From contig JAPKYJ010000024.1 of assembly GCA_026394375.1 (NCBI GenBank), forward strand, positions 101,577 to 165,576: a stretch of 64,000 nucleotides of DNA, given 5' to 3'. Made by a program: the position numbers and the translations under genes. The stretch's first letter is position 1, and each line of letters begins with the position of its first letter. Source of the DNA: Methanomassiliicoccales archaeon (GTDB taxonomy: Archaea > Thermoplasmatota > Thermoplasmata > Methanomassiliicoccales > UBA472). A model generated the notes under the pieces. It searched no databases, was not told the DNA's origin, and saw only the letters and a list, made by a program, of their open reading frames with translations. Below, piece by piece: positions 9,112 to 19,288 of this stretch.

Positions 9112-9855
9112 TCACATCCTCCACGCGACCAAGAGGGAGCTCACGAACACGCCCACCAAGGTGATGCCCATGAGCAGTGCCGCCAGTCCGAAGGATACGG
9201 TGGTAAGCAGGGTCTCCGCGAAGAAAGCTCCGAAGCCCACGACCGCCACGGCCGTGTAGGGGGCGGAACCCCTTCCAGGATAGGAGGCGGCGAACACCTC
9301 GCCCGATGAGCCGTCCAAGACCACTTCGTATCTCTTGCCATTGAAGACGTAGTCAAGCTTCCAGATGGGGAAGTACACCAGTGCCTGCTCTCTCGGCTTG
9401 CCCGGCAAGGACTCGAGATAGGACACCATTTCGATATCTGGCTTGATGAGTTCCACTCCTCCCAAGTCGTATTTGGAGTCGAAGATCTTCATGTCTCCGC
9501 CCACGACCTTCAGGTTGTGCAATCCAGGCAGGGTGGTGGAACCAGCGGGCTCCACCTTGACCTCCTCCTTGCCGTCCACGTCTCGTTTGAAATAGTAGAC
9601 GGGGAAGTACTGGCGCTTTACTCCAGCCAGCTGCGCCAATCGGTCCAGGTTCTTGGCCTTGGTGCTGCCCGCCGCCCATCGTCTGAACACGCCCACGGCG
9701 TCGTTCTCCTGCACCATGAACGGGATGATGTAGTAGAACCCGGCACCTGAGCGATCGATGTAGATCTGGCTCGAGCAGTATGAGCACTTGACGAACTTGC
9801 TCCCCGCTTCGAACTCCACCTTGGCATTGCACTTCGGGCATTGGACTGAGGCCAT
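9112..9855 (-). CDS. N-terminal zinc-ribbon membrane protein (paralogue 1)
   Basis: 247 aa. CPKCNAKVEFEAGSKFVKCSYC ribbon, YFPVYYF and VYFPIWKLDYVFNGKRYEVVLDGSSGEVF motifs, and two C-terminal TM helices. Confidence 0.7.
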   Translation of the reverse strand: MASVQCPKCNAKVEFEAGSKFVKCSYCSSQIYIDRSGAGFYYIIPFMVQENDAVGVFRRWAAGSTKAKNLDRLAQLAGVKRQYFPVYYFKRDVDGKEEVKVEPAGSTTLPGLHNLKVVGGDMKIFDSKYDLGGVELIKPDIEMVSYLESLPGKPREQALVYFPIWKLDYVFNGKRYEVVLDGSSGEVFAASYPGRGSAPYTAVAVVGFGAFFAETLLTTVSFGLAALLMGITLVGVFVSSLLVAWRM

Positions 9856-9878
9856 CCCATCCCCTCCTTGATCCTAGC

Positions 9879-10988
9879 TCACGCGGTCTTTCCGCACTCC
9901 GGGCAGAACTTGGAGCTGGCTGGAACCTGAGCCCCGCAGGAAGCGCATTTCTTGCTTACTCTCAGGGTAGTCCCACAGTTGGGGCAGAACTTCGTCCCTT
10001 CCGCCACCTTCTCCCCGCACTTGGGGCAGGGGACCGTGGCCGCTGCCATCTTCCCACCGCACTCGGAGCAGAACTTGCTCGTGACCGGATTGGGGGTTCC
10101 GCACTTCGGGCACGGAAGCATGGGCGCTTGCTGCGCCGGGGGCTGCTGTCCCGGGGGCGAGCGCATGGAATCCATCATCTGGTAGCCCATACCGATGCCC
10201 GCTCCCACGCCCACTCCTACGCCTGCCGCCCCACCGGACGGGTTCTGGGCCGCCTCGCGCATGGCCTGCCCGGACTGGTACTGCATGTAGTTGGCGTTCA
10301 GCACCTGCATCGACGAGCGGGTGTCCACCGCCTTCTGCACCTCGTCCGGAACGGAGACATAGAGTCCAGAGACCTTGTCCACGCTCAGTCCGTAGAGGTC
10401 GAAGTGGTCCTTGGACCGGGAGAGCACGACCTGCTCGATGTTGGTGAGGTTGGAGGCCATGTCCACCACGCCCATCCCCTGGTTCTTCATGTCGCCCAGG
10501 GAATCGTAGACCAGAAGCACCATCTGCTCCTTGATGCGCTCCTCCACGTCGGCGGAGGAAGCGAAGTTCAAGGTACCCACGAACTGGTTCACGAAGTTCG
10601 CTGCCGAGGATAACTTGTACCGGAACTCGCCGAACACCCGCAGGTTGACGATGCCAAAGTCCTTGTCCCGGAACTGGTAGGGCTGCTTGGACCCGAACTT
10701 GCCGTCGAACACCCTCTTCTGCAGGTAGACGACCTCCGCCTGCTGCTGTGCCCCGGAAAGGAATTTGACGATCTTGCCGACGATGGGCGCGTTCAGTGAG
10801 GTAAGGGCGTAACGGTCCGGTCTGTCGATGTAGTCCAGCACCTTGCCGTCGCGGAAGAAGACCGCGATCTCGTCCTCTCTTACCACGATGTTGTCGTTGA
10901 ACTTGATGTTGCGAGGGATGCGATACATGATGTTGCTGCGCTTGTCCACATCCTCCCACTTGAAAGTGTCCGCCCCGATGACGCTCAT
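9879..10988 (-). CDS. SPFH/band-7-like protein with three C-terminal zinc ribbons (COG4260/YdjI-like)
   Basis: 369 aa. The N-terminal ~250 aa resemble the SPFH 'virion core protein-like' family (FKWEDVDKRSNIMYRIP...VFFRDGKVLD...). A Gly/Gln-rich linker follows, then three C-x2-C-x9-10-C-x2-C ribbons (CPKCGTP...CSECG, CPKCGEK...CPNCG, CASCGAQ...CPECG). Confidence 0.8.
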   Translation of the reverse strand: MSVIGADTFKWEDVDKRSNIMYRIPRNIKFNDNIVVREDEIAVFFRDGKVLDYIDRPDRYALTSLNAPIVGKIVKFLSGAQQQAEVVYLQKRVFDGKFGSKQPYQFRDKDFGIVNLRVFGEFRYKLSSAANFVNQFVGTLNFASSADVEERIKEQMVLLVYDSLGDMKNQGMGVVDMASNLTNIEQVVLSRSKDHFDLYGLSVDKVSGLYVSVPDEVQKAVDTRSSMQVLNANYMQYQSGQAMREAAQNPSGGAAGVGVGVGAGIGMGYQMMDSMRSPPGQQPPAQQAPMLPCPKCGTPNPVTSKFCSECGGKMAAATVPCPKCGEKVAEGTKFCPNCGTTLRVSKKCASCGAQVPASSKFCPECGKTA

Positions 10989-10992
10989 GTCC

Positions 10993-11523
10993 TCACACCT
11001 CCGTGTTGGTTATGACCCGCATTCGCCTCCCGAAGCGGTCCTCGAAATCCGTGATGCCCTGCTTCACGGTCACCAAGTCCGTGTTCGCCTGGGCCGTGTC
11101 CTGTGCGCGGAGGCTGCCCTTCAACGACTGCACCGCCTGGCCGATCGCACCCAGCATATCGATCATGCTGGTGTCGTATTCATAGAGGCGGTTGAGCTCC
11201 GTCTCCTTGACTTGCACGTCGGCGGCGATGCCCGAGTACCCCGTCTCCGCATGGGCCACCGTCCCTTCCACCTTCTTGAAGCGACTGATGAGCCCCCCGA
11301 TGGTGTCGAGCTGAGGCGAGCTGTAATCCTGAACGATCATGGTCCGGCAGTCCTCCAGACCGCGGCGCTGCAACCCCAGCAGGCGCGCCAACTGGGCACG
11401 GAGCATGCGGTCAGAGTCCCTCAGGTCCTCTTTCAGCCTGTACCCCCGGAATCCCGGAACGAAGGTCTGAATGGTCTTTAGCAGACCCCTGTCTTCACCC
11501 ACCCTATCTCTGATATCTGTCAT
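10993..11523 (-). CDS. small predicted all-helical protein, first gene of the SPFH operon
   Basis: 176 aa with no TM segment and charged, helix-forming composition (LKEDLRDSDRMLRAQLARLLGLQRRGLED...). There are 4 nt between its stop and the SPFH start. No family recognised. Confidence 0.6.
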   Translation of the reverse strand: MTDIRDRVGEDRGLLKTIQTFVPGFRGYRLKEDLRDSDRMLRAQLARLLGLQRRGLEDCRTMIVQDYSSPQLDTIGGLISRFKKVEGTVAHAETGYSGIAADVQVKETELNRLYEYDTSMIDMLGAIGQAVQSLKGSLRAQDTAQANTDLVTVKQGITDFEDRFGRRMRVITNTEV

Positions 11524-11677
11524 GTACGGGTCCTCCCGACCCTGGCATCAATATCTCGTCCCTCTCTTAAAAGTGTCGTCTTGGGGTGCGCTCGGGTGAT
11601 AGAGGCCAGACCAACTCTTTCTGCCCCAACCCGTCATCATCACTAGCAAGGATAAAATAGCCCTACTGACGATTCAG

Positions 11678-12727
11678 ATGCATCCAGTCAAGGTGATGGG
11701 TATGGACCAGAAGCGAATCGCACTCGTGGGCTACGGGAATGTGGGGAAGGCGCTCGTTGATATGCTGTCTGGGGTAGATCCATCGGGCAAGCGGTTCGTG
11801 TTCTCGGCCGTGTGCTCGCGCTCCCTAGGCGTCGTGCGTCTCAAGGATTCCTCCCCTAAGGGCGTGGAGAAGAAGCTCAAGTCCCAGAAGGACGAAGCCA
11901 AGGCCTACAATCCGGAAGCGAGGGTGGCGGAGATCAAGTCCTATCTGAAGGACGGAGACTTCGACATCCTGGTCGAGGCGACCTCCGCCGACTATCGCAC
12001 CGCTGAGCCGGCCAGGACCTATATACTCACCGCTCTGGACCGAGGCATCGACGTCGTCACATGCAACAAGGCGCCTATCGCTCTGAATCTCAAGGAGCTG
12101 CGAGAAGCGGCCGCCCGGTCCAACGCCTCCTTCAAGTTCGAGAGCACGGTCATGGACGGCACCCCGGTCTTCTCGATGTTCAAAGGAATGCCTCCGGTGA
12201 GGCTGATGAAGATCCGGGGCGTTTTCAACTCCACCACCAGCATGATCATCGACACCATGCGCGAGGGAAAGAACTTCACCCAAGGTCTGAAGAAGGCCAA
12301 GGCGGCAGGAGTGGCGGAGACGGACCCGGACAACGACCTCAGCGGCATGGACTCCGCGGCCAAACTGGTCATTCTGTGCAACGCCCTGGGAGGCATGCAG
12401 ATCGGATTTCGGGACGTGAAGACGGAGCAGATCACCGAGGACCTGCTGAAGCAGACCATTACCGGTGTCAAGGGTGACAGATGCGTGCGCGTGCGCCAGG
12501 TGGCCACGGCGAACTTTGAGAGCAAGGAGTTCAAGGTGCAGCTGGAGGTGCTCCGGCCGGAGGACATGCTGTTCTCATGCACTGGGGCGACCAACGCCGC
12601 CATATTCTCCATGGACCTTTTCGGAGAGCTGGTGATCGCGGAGCGAGACCCGACATTGCGGGAGACGGCGTTTGGTATCTATTCTGACATCGTTGACCTC
12701 TATACGAAGGATGCCTGCTATTATTGA
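11678..12727 (+). CDS. homoserine dehydrogenase-like NAD(P)-dependent dehydrogenase
   Basis: 349 aa. N-terminal Rossmann motif IALVGYGNVGKA and catalytic-domain-like VTCNKAPIA...FESTVMDGTPVF. Confidence 0.7.
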   Translation: MHPVKVMGMDQKRIALVGYGNVGKALVDMLSGVDPSGKRFVFSAVCSRSLGVVRLKDSSPKGVEKKLKSQKDEAKAYNPEARVAEIKSYLKDGDFDILVEATSADYRTAEPARTYILTALDRGIDVVTCNKAPIALNLKELREAAARSNASFKFESTVMDGTPVFSMFKGMPPVRLMKIRGVFNSTTSMIIDTMREGKNFTQGLKKAKAAGVAETDPDNDLSGMDSAAKLVILCNALGGMQIGFRDVKTEQITEDLLKQTITGVKGDRCVRVRQVATANFESKEFKVQLEVLRPEDMLFSCTGATNAAIFSMDLFGELVIAERDPTLRETAFGIYSDIVDLYTKDACYY

Positions 12728-12994
12728 TACTGGCTGAAAGGCAGAAGGATCACACGAAGAGCGTTATTAAACGAGAAGGTCGTCATCTAAATAGTAGACC
12801 ATTCCAGCGAATCGGAGGCCAGCAATGAGACAGCCGGTTCGCACTTGACGTTTGTCCATTTGAAAGGCATATCGACCGTCGATAATAGACAAAGAGCATT
12901 GATTAGGGCCTTCGCGCAACAAAACTTCAAATACGGTCATGCAATCGACATTCGTGTCTTGCCATAGCTTGGCAGGATTCGAGCAGGGAGCGAA

Positions 12995-14617
12995 TTGAGA
13001 ATGCAGATAATAGAGAATTCTAGGTCAACGACCGGCACCAAGACCAGAGTGCAAGACGTGAATCCGACGAGCGGGATGTGCCCCTTATGCATAGAGGAAT
13101 GCCAGGTGATGTGCGAGGTCGGCAAGTCCGCCTTCCGCGGTCGCGAAGTGCTATACCCCAGTCAGGAGTACTTCGGGACCAGCACCGCATCCGCCAACAA
13201 GGACTACTTGTTGGATTGGTCGCACTTCCAGATATTGGCCGAGCTGATCGGTGCCTATGGCATCGAACCGAGCCCTGACAAGGCGTTCTTCGAGAATGCC
13301 GATGTGACCACCACAGTGGCGAACTCCTCCAAGAAGCCGATAAAGTTGGGAGTGCCATTCGTCATCGCCGGCCTGGGCTCGACCGCCGTGGCCAAGCGCA
13401 ACTGGGAATCGCTGGCGAAGGGCGCGGCGATGGTGGGCATCATCGAGACCGTGGGCGAGAACGTCTGCGGCATGGACCATGATTCCACTTATGCCAAGGG
13501 CAAGGTGCAGAGATCTCCGGACATGGAGTTCCGCATCAACTGCTTCCGCGAGCTCTGGGACGGCAAGACCGGCGACATCGCCGTGCAAACGAACGTCGAG
13601 GACCAGAGGGGAGGCGTGGACGAATACGTGCTTTCCAAGCTGGAGGTCAACATCATCGAGCGCAAGTGGGGCCAGGGTGCCAAGGCCATCGGCGGCGAGG
13701 TGCGCTTGGATAGCCTGGACCGCGCCCTAGAGCTGAAGAAGCGCGGCTATCTGGTCCTGCCGGACCCGGAGGACAAGATGGTCGCCGAGGCTTTCAAGGC
13801 CGGCGCCTTCAAGACTTTCGAGCGGCACAGCCGGGTGGGCTTTCCGAACCGAAGATCGTTCGTGGAGGACATCGAGTCATTGCGCGACAAAGGCGCCAAG
13901 TACGTCTTCTTGAAGACCGGCGCCTATCGACCAGAGATCGTCGCTTTCACCATGAAATGCGCTTCCGAGGCCAAGATCGACATGCTCACCTTCGATGGCG
14001 CGGGGGGCGGCACGGGCATGTCCCCCGTTCCCATGATGAACGAGATGTCGACGCCCACCGTTCACCTGGAGGCCGAGCTCCTCGCCTGTGCCAAGATCAT
14101 CAGGGACCAGGGACGGTTCGTGCCCGACATGGTCATGGCGGGCGGCTTCGTCAACGAGACCCAGATGTACAAGAGCATGGCCATGAGCAATATCGGCGGC
14201 GGACCGCTGATCAAGGCCATCGGAATGGCCCGCTCACCCATCCTGGCGGCCATGAAGGCCGGGTACTTCGCCCGATTGGCGGAGCAGGGCAAGTTGCCCA
14301 AGTCCTTCGCGGACGAGTATTCCACCGACCCGAAAAAGTTCTTCGTCATGGCCTCGGACCTGCAGGACCGATTCCCCAAGGCGAAGCTGGGCAAAGACAT
14401 CCCCTGGGGCGCGGTCGGGCTGTACACCTACTTTGACCGGACGGCCATTGGATTGAAGCAACTGATGGCCGGTTCGAGGAAGTTCAAACTGGAGAACCTG
14501 GCCAGGGATGACATCTGCGCCTTGAGCGAGTATGCCAGCAAGGTCACTGGCATCGATACCTTCGACTCCATGTCGGCCAGGGTCATGCCGGGCATCCTCG
14601 AGTTCTGGGACGAGTGA
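12995..14617 (+). CDS. FMN-dependent glutamate synthase-related protein (GltB domain-2 like)
   Basis: 540 aa. N-terminal Cys cluster CPLCIEECQVMCEVG. TIM-barrel FMN-domain signatures (WGQGAKAIGGE, FDGAGGGTGMSP, MAGGF). Confidence 0.75.
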   Translation: MRMQIIENSRSTTGTKTRVQDVNPTSGMCPLCIEECQVMCEVGKSAFRGREVLYPSQEYFGTSTASANKDYLLDWSHFQILAELIGAYGIEPSPDKAFFENADVTTTVANSSKKPIKLGVPFVIAGLGSTAVAKRNWESLAKGAAMVGIIETVGENVCGMDHDSTYAKGKVQRSPDMEFRINCFRELWDGKTGDIAVQTNVEDQRGGVDEYVLSKLEVNIIERKWGQGAKAIGGEVRLDSLDRALELKKRGYLVLPDPEDKMVAEAFKAGAFKTFERHSRVGFPNRRSFVEDIESLRDKGAKYVFLKTGAYRPEIVAFTMKCASEAKIDMLTFDGAGGGTGMSPVPMMNEMSTPTVHLEAELLACAKIIRDQGRFVPDMVMAGGFVNETQMYKSMAMSNIGGGPLIKAIGMARSPILAAMKAGYFARLAEQGKLPKSFADEYSTDPKKFFVMASDLQDRFPKAKLGKDIPWGAVGLYTYFDRTAIGLKQLMAGSRKFKLENLARDDICALSEYASKVTGIDTFDSMSARVMPGILEFWDE

Positions 14618-14932
14618 AGATATCGATCCACAGTTCGGATCTCTCAAACCTCTTCCATCCATTCTATTCCCATGGTCCAGACCCGGCCCTGGAATCGCGT
14701 AAGACTTAACTACGCAAATGATCATCTTGCCTCCACCGTGCTCAAGCGCGGGAGAAGGATTCAAAGGACGTCCCCGATGGGGCCGGCTTAGGAGGAGACA
14801 AACCCCTCAGAAAGGGTCGGGCCACCGATCCATTCTCGATCGGTGCTCAGACCCTTTCCCCTCCCTCCGCCTCGGATTCATTGACGGTTCCAACGAAGCT
14901 GTTATTATCCCTCTGCTCCACTGGTCTGAACC

Positions 14933-16795
14933 ATGAGCAATAGTGGGACGAAGGAAGGACCCTACCCGCGCACCAACCATCTTGCCAATGAGCGGTCGCT
15001 TTACTTGCGGCAGCACGCACACAATCCTATCGATTGGCATCCCTGGAGCGCTGAGGCGTTCCAGAAGGCAGAGCGAGAGGACCGGCCAGTGCTCCTCTCC
15101 ATCGGCTACTCCACCTGCCATTGGTGCCACGTCATGGCCCGCGAGTCGTTCGAGGACGAGTATGTGGCTAGCCTCCTCAACCGCTTCTTCGTGTGCGTCA
15201 AGGTGGACAGGGAGGAGCGGCCGGACATTGACAGCATATACATGGCCGCCTGCCAGCTTATGACCGGGGGAGGGGGCTGGCCTTTGACCTTGGTGATCAC
15301 CCCGGACCGCAGACCGTTCTTCGCGGCCACCTATCTTCCCAGAAGGGGCTCGCCAGGCTCTCCAGGCTTGGTCGACATCATGACCCAGGTTGACTCCCAC
15401 TGGAAGCTTGATCGGAACCCTTTGATGCAGACGGCCGACCAGGTCTTGAACGCGTTGAGGCAATTCGCTGCGCGCCGGGAATCGGGCCCTATCCAAGAAA
15501 ATGCGTTCGATCTGGCATACCGACAGCTTGCCGATTCCTTTGACGACATCAATGGAGGATTCGAACTCGCTCCCAAGTTCCCTTCGCCCCACCGGCTGCT
15601 GTTCTTGCTTCGCTATCATCGACCGACCGGTGAGCGTCAAGCCCTCGACATGGTCACCACGACCTTGAGCAAGATGCGCGAAGGAGGGCTCTATGACCAC
15701 GTTGGGTTCGGGTTCCATAGGTACTCGACGGACGCGCGCTGGCACCTTCCCCACTTCGAGAAGATGCTCTACGACCAGGCAATGCAGGTGCTGGCGTACA
15801 CGGAGGCGTATCGCATCACCGGGGACGAGCGTTGGAAGAGGACGGCCTTTGAGGTGCTGGCCTATGTGGAACGGGAGATGACGTCGCCCTTCGGGGGTTT
15901 CTACTCGGCGGAAAGCGCGGATAGCGAAGGGGAAGAAGGGCGCTTCTATGTTTGGACCTGGAAGGAGCTCGATTCGATGCTTTCCCCCGAAGATATGAAG
16001 ATCATGGTGGACGCCTTCGGTATCACCAAGGACGGCAACTTCCGGGAAGAGGCGACGCGCAGACGAACGGGAGCCAACGTTCTCCATGTGGTCCGTTCTG
16101 TTCCCGAATTGGCTAAGGACCATAGTGAGAGCGAGGAGCAGATCTCGGCTTCCCTATCTCGCTCCCTCTCTCAGGCCTTCGATGCCAGAGAGTCAAGGCT
16201 ACATCCGGATAGGGATGACAAGGTGCTCACCGACTGGAACGGACTGATGATCGCCGCCTCCGCCCGGGCCGCCAAGGTGCTCGGACATCCGAGCGCGCTC
16301 GATTCGGCCCGAAAGGCTGCCAACCTCATCTCGCACCACCTGATGCCAGATGGCCGTCTGAGGCACCGGATGGTGGGAACGGAGGTGGCCATCGATGGCT
16401 TCCTGGACGACTATGCCTGCTTCGCCTGGGGTCTGGTAGAGCTGTTCGCTGCCACGGGGGAGGGAGTGTATTTGGCTCAGGCCGAGAGCCTGGTGGATGT
16501 CATGTCACAGCGATTCTGGGACGAGAGGTCGGGCGGTTTCTACCAAACGGCGGAGGACGCGGAAGATGTGCTGGTGCGAATGAAAGAGTCCTATGATGGA
16601 GCCACGCCGAGCGGCAACTCGGTGGCGGCGTTCGTTCTGGCGGGACTGGCCAGGTTGACAGGCAAGAAGGAATATGCGGAAAGAGGCGTGCGCACGGTGC
16701 AGGCGTTCGCGGAAGATGTGGGGTCCAACCCCGCGGCCCACGCCTTCATGCTCTGCGCCCACCATGATCTCAAGGCGTGGCCAGAGGGACCCTAG
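14933..16795 (+). CDS. thioredoxin-domain protein (DUF255/YyaL-type) with a C-terminal six-hairpin glycosidase-like domain
   Basis: 620 aa. The region [38 protein letters not shown] is diagnostic of the DUF255 family. Confidence 0.85.
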   Translation: MSNSGTKEGPYPRTNHLANERSLYLRQHAHNPIDWHPWSAEAFQKAEREDRPVLLSIGYSTCHWCHVMARESFEDEYVASLLNRFFVCVKVDREERPDIDSIYMAACQLMTGGGGWPLTLVITPDRRPFFAATYLPRRGSPGSPGLVDIMTQVDSHWKLDRNPLMQTADQVLNALRQFAARRESGPIQENAFDLAYRQLADSFDDINGGFELAPKFPSPHRLLFLLRYHRPTGERQALDMVTTTLSKMREGGLYDHVGFGFHRYSTDARWHLPHFEKMLYDQAMQVLAYTEAYRITGDERWKRTAFEVLAYVEREMTSPFGGFYSAESADSEGEEGRFYVWTWKELDSMLSPEDMKIMVDAFGITKDGNFREEATRRRTGANVLHVVRSVPELAKDHSESEEQISASLSRSLSQAFDARESRLHPDRDDKVLTDWNGLMIAASARAAKVLGHPSALDSARKAANLISHHLMPDGRLRHRMVGTEVAIDGFLDDYACFAWGLVELFAATGEGVYLAQAESLVDVMSQRFWDERSGGFYQTAEDAEDVLVRMKESYDGATPSGNSVAAFVLAGLARLTGKKEYAERGVRTVQAFAEDVGSNPAAHAFMLCAHHDLKAWPEGP

Positions 16796-17376
16796 ACCAG
16801 ATCGAAGGCCGCGGCCAGCGCCCCGTCCTCAGCCCGATCGTAGCTCGAGGCGGTGCCTATGATGACCACGTCCCCTTCGTTCAAGTCGAAGGTGCCCCGC
16901 AGGTCCGCGGTGATGCCGGGCTTCTCCTCGTCCAAAGAGTAGTCGGGGGGCACCACGAGCCTACCGCCGACCACTATGATGGTGGTGGCACCCTCCGCCC
17001 CCGCCTTGATGGCCGCGTCCCTTTGCTCGATTCCAAGGCTGATGCGCCTGGACCTGCCCTTGACCTGGACCGCCACGTTCCTTTCGCTTATGGAGATGTC
17101 CGAAGGATGGAGCCGCTGCACCTTCAGCGGGACCTGTTTCAGGAACTCCAGGCCTTTGTTGGAGACCTTGATCCCGGTCTGCTTAATCTCGATCATCCCT
17201 TTTTCACGCAGGTACTCGACGATGGTCCTCATCGAGCCTTCGCCCAGGCCGACCGAGCCAGCAAGCTGCCTCCGCCCCCTCCTGTGCCCATCGGCGAGCA
17301 CCAGGAGGGTGCGGTAAACGTGGTAGTCCGCGAAACGGTGCAGCGGGCCGTATTTCGGTAGGTCGACGAGCTTCAT
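16792..17376 (-). CDS. winged-helix protein with an uncharacterised C-terminal domain (possible DUF4443-type regulator)
   Basis: 194 aa. wHTH-like N-terminus ([43 protein letters not shown]). Lies immediately downstream of metK on the same strand. Confidence 0.5.
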   Translation of the reverse strand: MKLVDLPKYGPLHRFADYHVYRTLLVLADGHRRGRRQLAGSVGLGEGSMRTIVEYLREKGMIEIKQTGIKVSNKGLEFLKQVPLKVQRLHPSDISISERNVAVQVKGRSRRISLGIEQRDAAIKAGAEGATTIIVVGGRLVVPPDYSLDEEKPGITADLRGTFDLNEGDVVIIGTASSYDRAEDGALAAAFDLV

Positions 17377-17381
17377 CGACC

Positions 17382-18578
17382 TTAGAATACGGTTATCTCG
17401 CCATTTACAACTTTCTTCGTCACCGTGTCGATGTTGTCCAGCCAGTTATCGGCTATCGACCTCGCTTCCTTTTCCCACTTCTTGTAGTTGGCTCCAGGAG
17501 CGATGATGAGCTGCACGCTGCAGGTCTGCGGGTTGTCGATGGGCTTGCCGATCTGGGAGAGGATGCGCACCTCCGCTTCCAGCACGTCCCCGCCGGCGGC
17601 GTTCGCAATGTCCTCGGCGATGAACTTCGAAAGGATGTTGTATAGCTTGCCCGCGTGAGTGATGGGGTTCTTGCCCGCGGAGGCCTCCATGCTCATCGGC
17701 CTGAAGGGAGTGATGAGCCCGTTCACCCGGTTGCCTCGGCCGACGGAACCATCATCCCCGTTCTCCATGCTCAGGCCCGTGGCCGTGAGGTAGTACACCC
17801 CTGCCTTGTAGTTGTCCGCCGTGTTGACGTCCACCTTGACGTTCAGGTCGGTGTACTTCACTGCGTTGTCCGCGATCTTCTCCTTTATCTCTGCCACGGC
17901 ATTCTGATAGTGATCCCCGTCAGGGATGTAGCGGTCCACCATGGCGATGGCGCAGGTGAGGTTGATGGTGTCGCCCATGCGCGCGGCCATGACCTTTACG
18001 TCCTCGCCCGTTTCCTTGTACTTGCGCTTGAGCGCGCCGTTGATGTATCTCTCGCTCTCCAGCACGACCCTCTCCGTCTGGCTGTAGGGAGCGTATCCCA
18101 CGCCGAAGGAGGTGTCGTTGGAGAGGTGCTTCTTGCTCTCGTAGACGGCGCATAGGTCACAGGAGCCCTTGCCGATGCGGCAGTCCACCATGACATCCGT
18201 CTCCAGGTCGAGGTTGGGGAAATGGTTCTTGAGGTACTCGTAGGCCGAATGGACTGCGGTGGAACGATACGGGAGACGCTCGCCGCCGACCTCGGTGGTG
18301 GCCCGACCGACGAGGAGGATGTAGACCGGTTCGAGCACATCGCCGCCGCCGAAGCGGGGGTTGGACTGTCCTCCGACGATCTGCGTCTCATCGGTGTTGT
18401 GATGCAGCACTCGGTCGTATTTCTCCAGATACATTCGGCACAGCGCTCGGCTGACCGACTCGGAGAGACCATCGGCGATGCTATCCGGATGACCGATGCC
18501 CTTGCGTTCCACCAGCTCCACTCTCTGCTTCTCTATCGGAGTGTAATCTATCTTCTCCACGATGATGTTCTTGGCCAT
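17382..18578 (-). CDS. metK: archaeal-type S-adenosylmethionine synthetase (methionine adenosyltransferase)
   Basis: 398 aa. [18 protein letters not shown] and overall similarity to the archaeal MAT family. Confidence 0.9.
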   Translation of the reverse strand: MAKNIIVEKIDYTPIEKQRVELVERKGIGHPDSIADGLSESVSRALCRMYLEKYDRVLHHNTDETQIVGGQSNPRFGGGDVLEPVYILLVGRATTEVGGERLPYRSTAVHSAYEYLKNHFPNLDLETDVMVDCRIGKGSCDLCAVYESKKHLSNDTSFGVGYAPYSQTERVVLESERYINGALKRKYKETGEDVKVMAARMGDTINLTCAIAMVDRYIPDGDHYQNAVAEIKEKIADNAVKYTDLNVKVDVNTADNYKAGVYYLTATGLSMENGDDGSVGRGNRVNGLITPFRPMSMEASAGKNPITHAGKLYNILSKFIAEDIANAAGGDVLEAEVRILSQIGKPIDNPQTCSVQLIIAPGANYKKWEKEARSIADNWLDNIDTVTKKVVNGEITVF

Positions 18579-18709
18579 TTGATCTTCACCTTACTTATCC
18601 GACTAGCTTCCACGGACTTGAGTAAAACCCGTGGCTAGCGCGGTTTAGCGCTCGAAGAGGTTGCATCGATATATAGGTGCTTGACAAAAATATTCATATG
18701 TGAATAGCA

Positions 18710-19285
18710 ATGGAGTACAGTATGAAATTTCCGCCCGCCACCGAGATCATGCGATTGCGACACGCGCTGGACATCACCCAGATGCAGCTGTCCTCCATGT
18801 CCGGGGTCTCGCAATCCACCATCGCCAAGATCGAGAAGGGGGCGATCAACGGCTCCTATGAATCGGTGGTGCGCATCTTCGACGCACTGCAAGGTGAGAT
18901 GGACCGAAGGAGGAAGGGGAGGCAGGCGAAGGACGTCATGTCCCGCAACATCATCTCCATCCAGGCCAGGGACCGGGTGAAGAAGGCATCGGAACTGATG
19001 CGCCGTTCGGGATACTCCCAGCTGCCGGTCTTCGACGGCTCGCAGCCGGTAGGGAACATCAGCGAGTTCGGCATCCTGACACAGCTGCGGGACGGCACGA
19101 GCATGGACGAAGTGCGCGATCGTCCTGTCCGGGAGGTAATGAACGAGGCATTCCCAGTGGTGAACGAAGACACGCCCCTGGAGACCGCAACGAGCCTGCT
19201 GTCCACCTCCAAGGCGGTGCTGGTTGGCAGAAAAGGCAAGATTACGGGCATAATCACCTCCTCGGACGTGCTGAAGCTGATCTAG
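18710..19285 (+). CDS. XRE-type HTH regulator fused to a CBS-domain pair
   Basis: 191 aa. HTH LRHALDITQMQLSSMSGVSQSTIAKIEKG followed by two CBS repeats (VMSRNIISIQ..., VMNEAFPVVNEDT...). Divergent from metK. Confidence 0.8.
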   Translation: MEYSMKFPPATEIMRLRHALDITQMQLSSMSGVSQSTIAKIEKGAINGSYESVVRIFDALQGEMDRRRKGRQAKDVMSRNIISIQARDRVKKASELMRRSGYSQLPVFDGSQPVGNISEFGILTQLRDGTSMDEVRDRPVREVMNEAFPVVNEDTPLETATSLLSTSKAVLVGRKGKITGIITSSDVLKLI

Positions 19286-19288
19286 GTC

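Noticed and set aside
14807-16123. 438-aa ORF antisense to the DUF255 thioredoxin-domain gene
   Set aside because: Its composition is Arg/Pro/Gly/His-rich and not protein-like. It lies wholly inside a gene with strong family signatures. This is a typical shadow ORF in GC-rich DNA.
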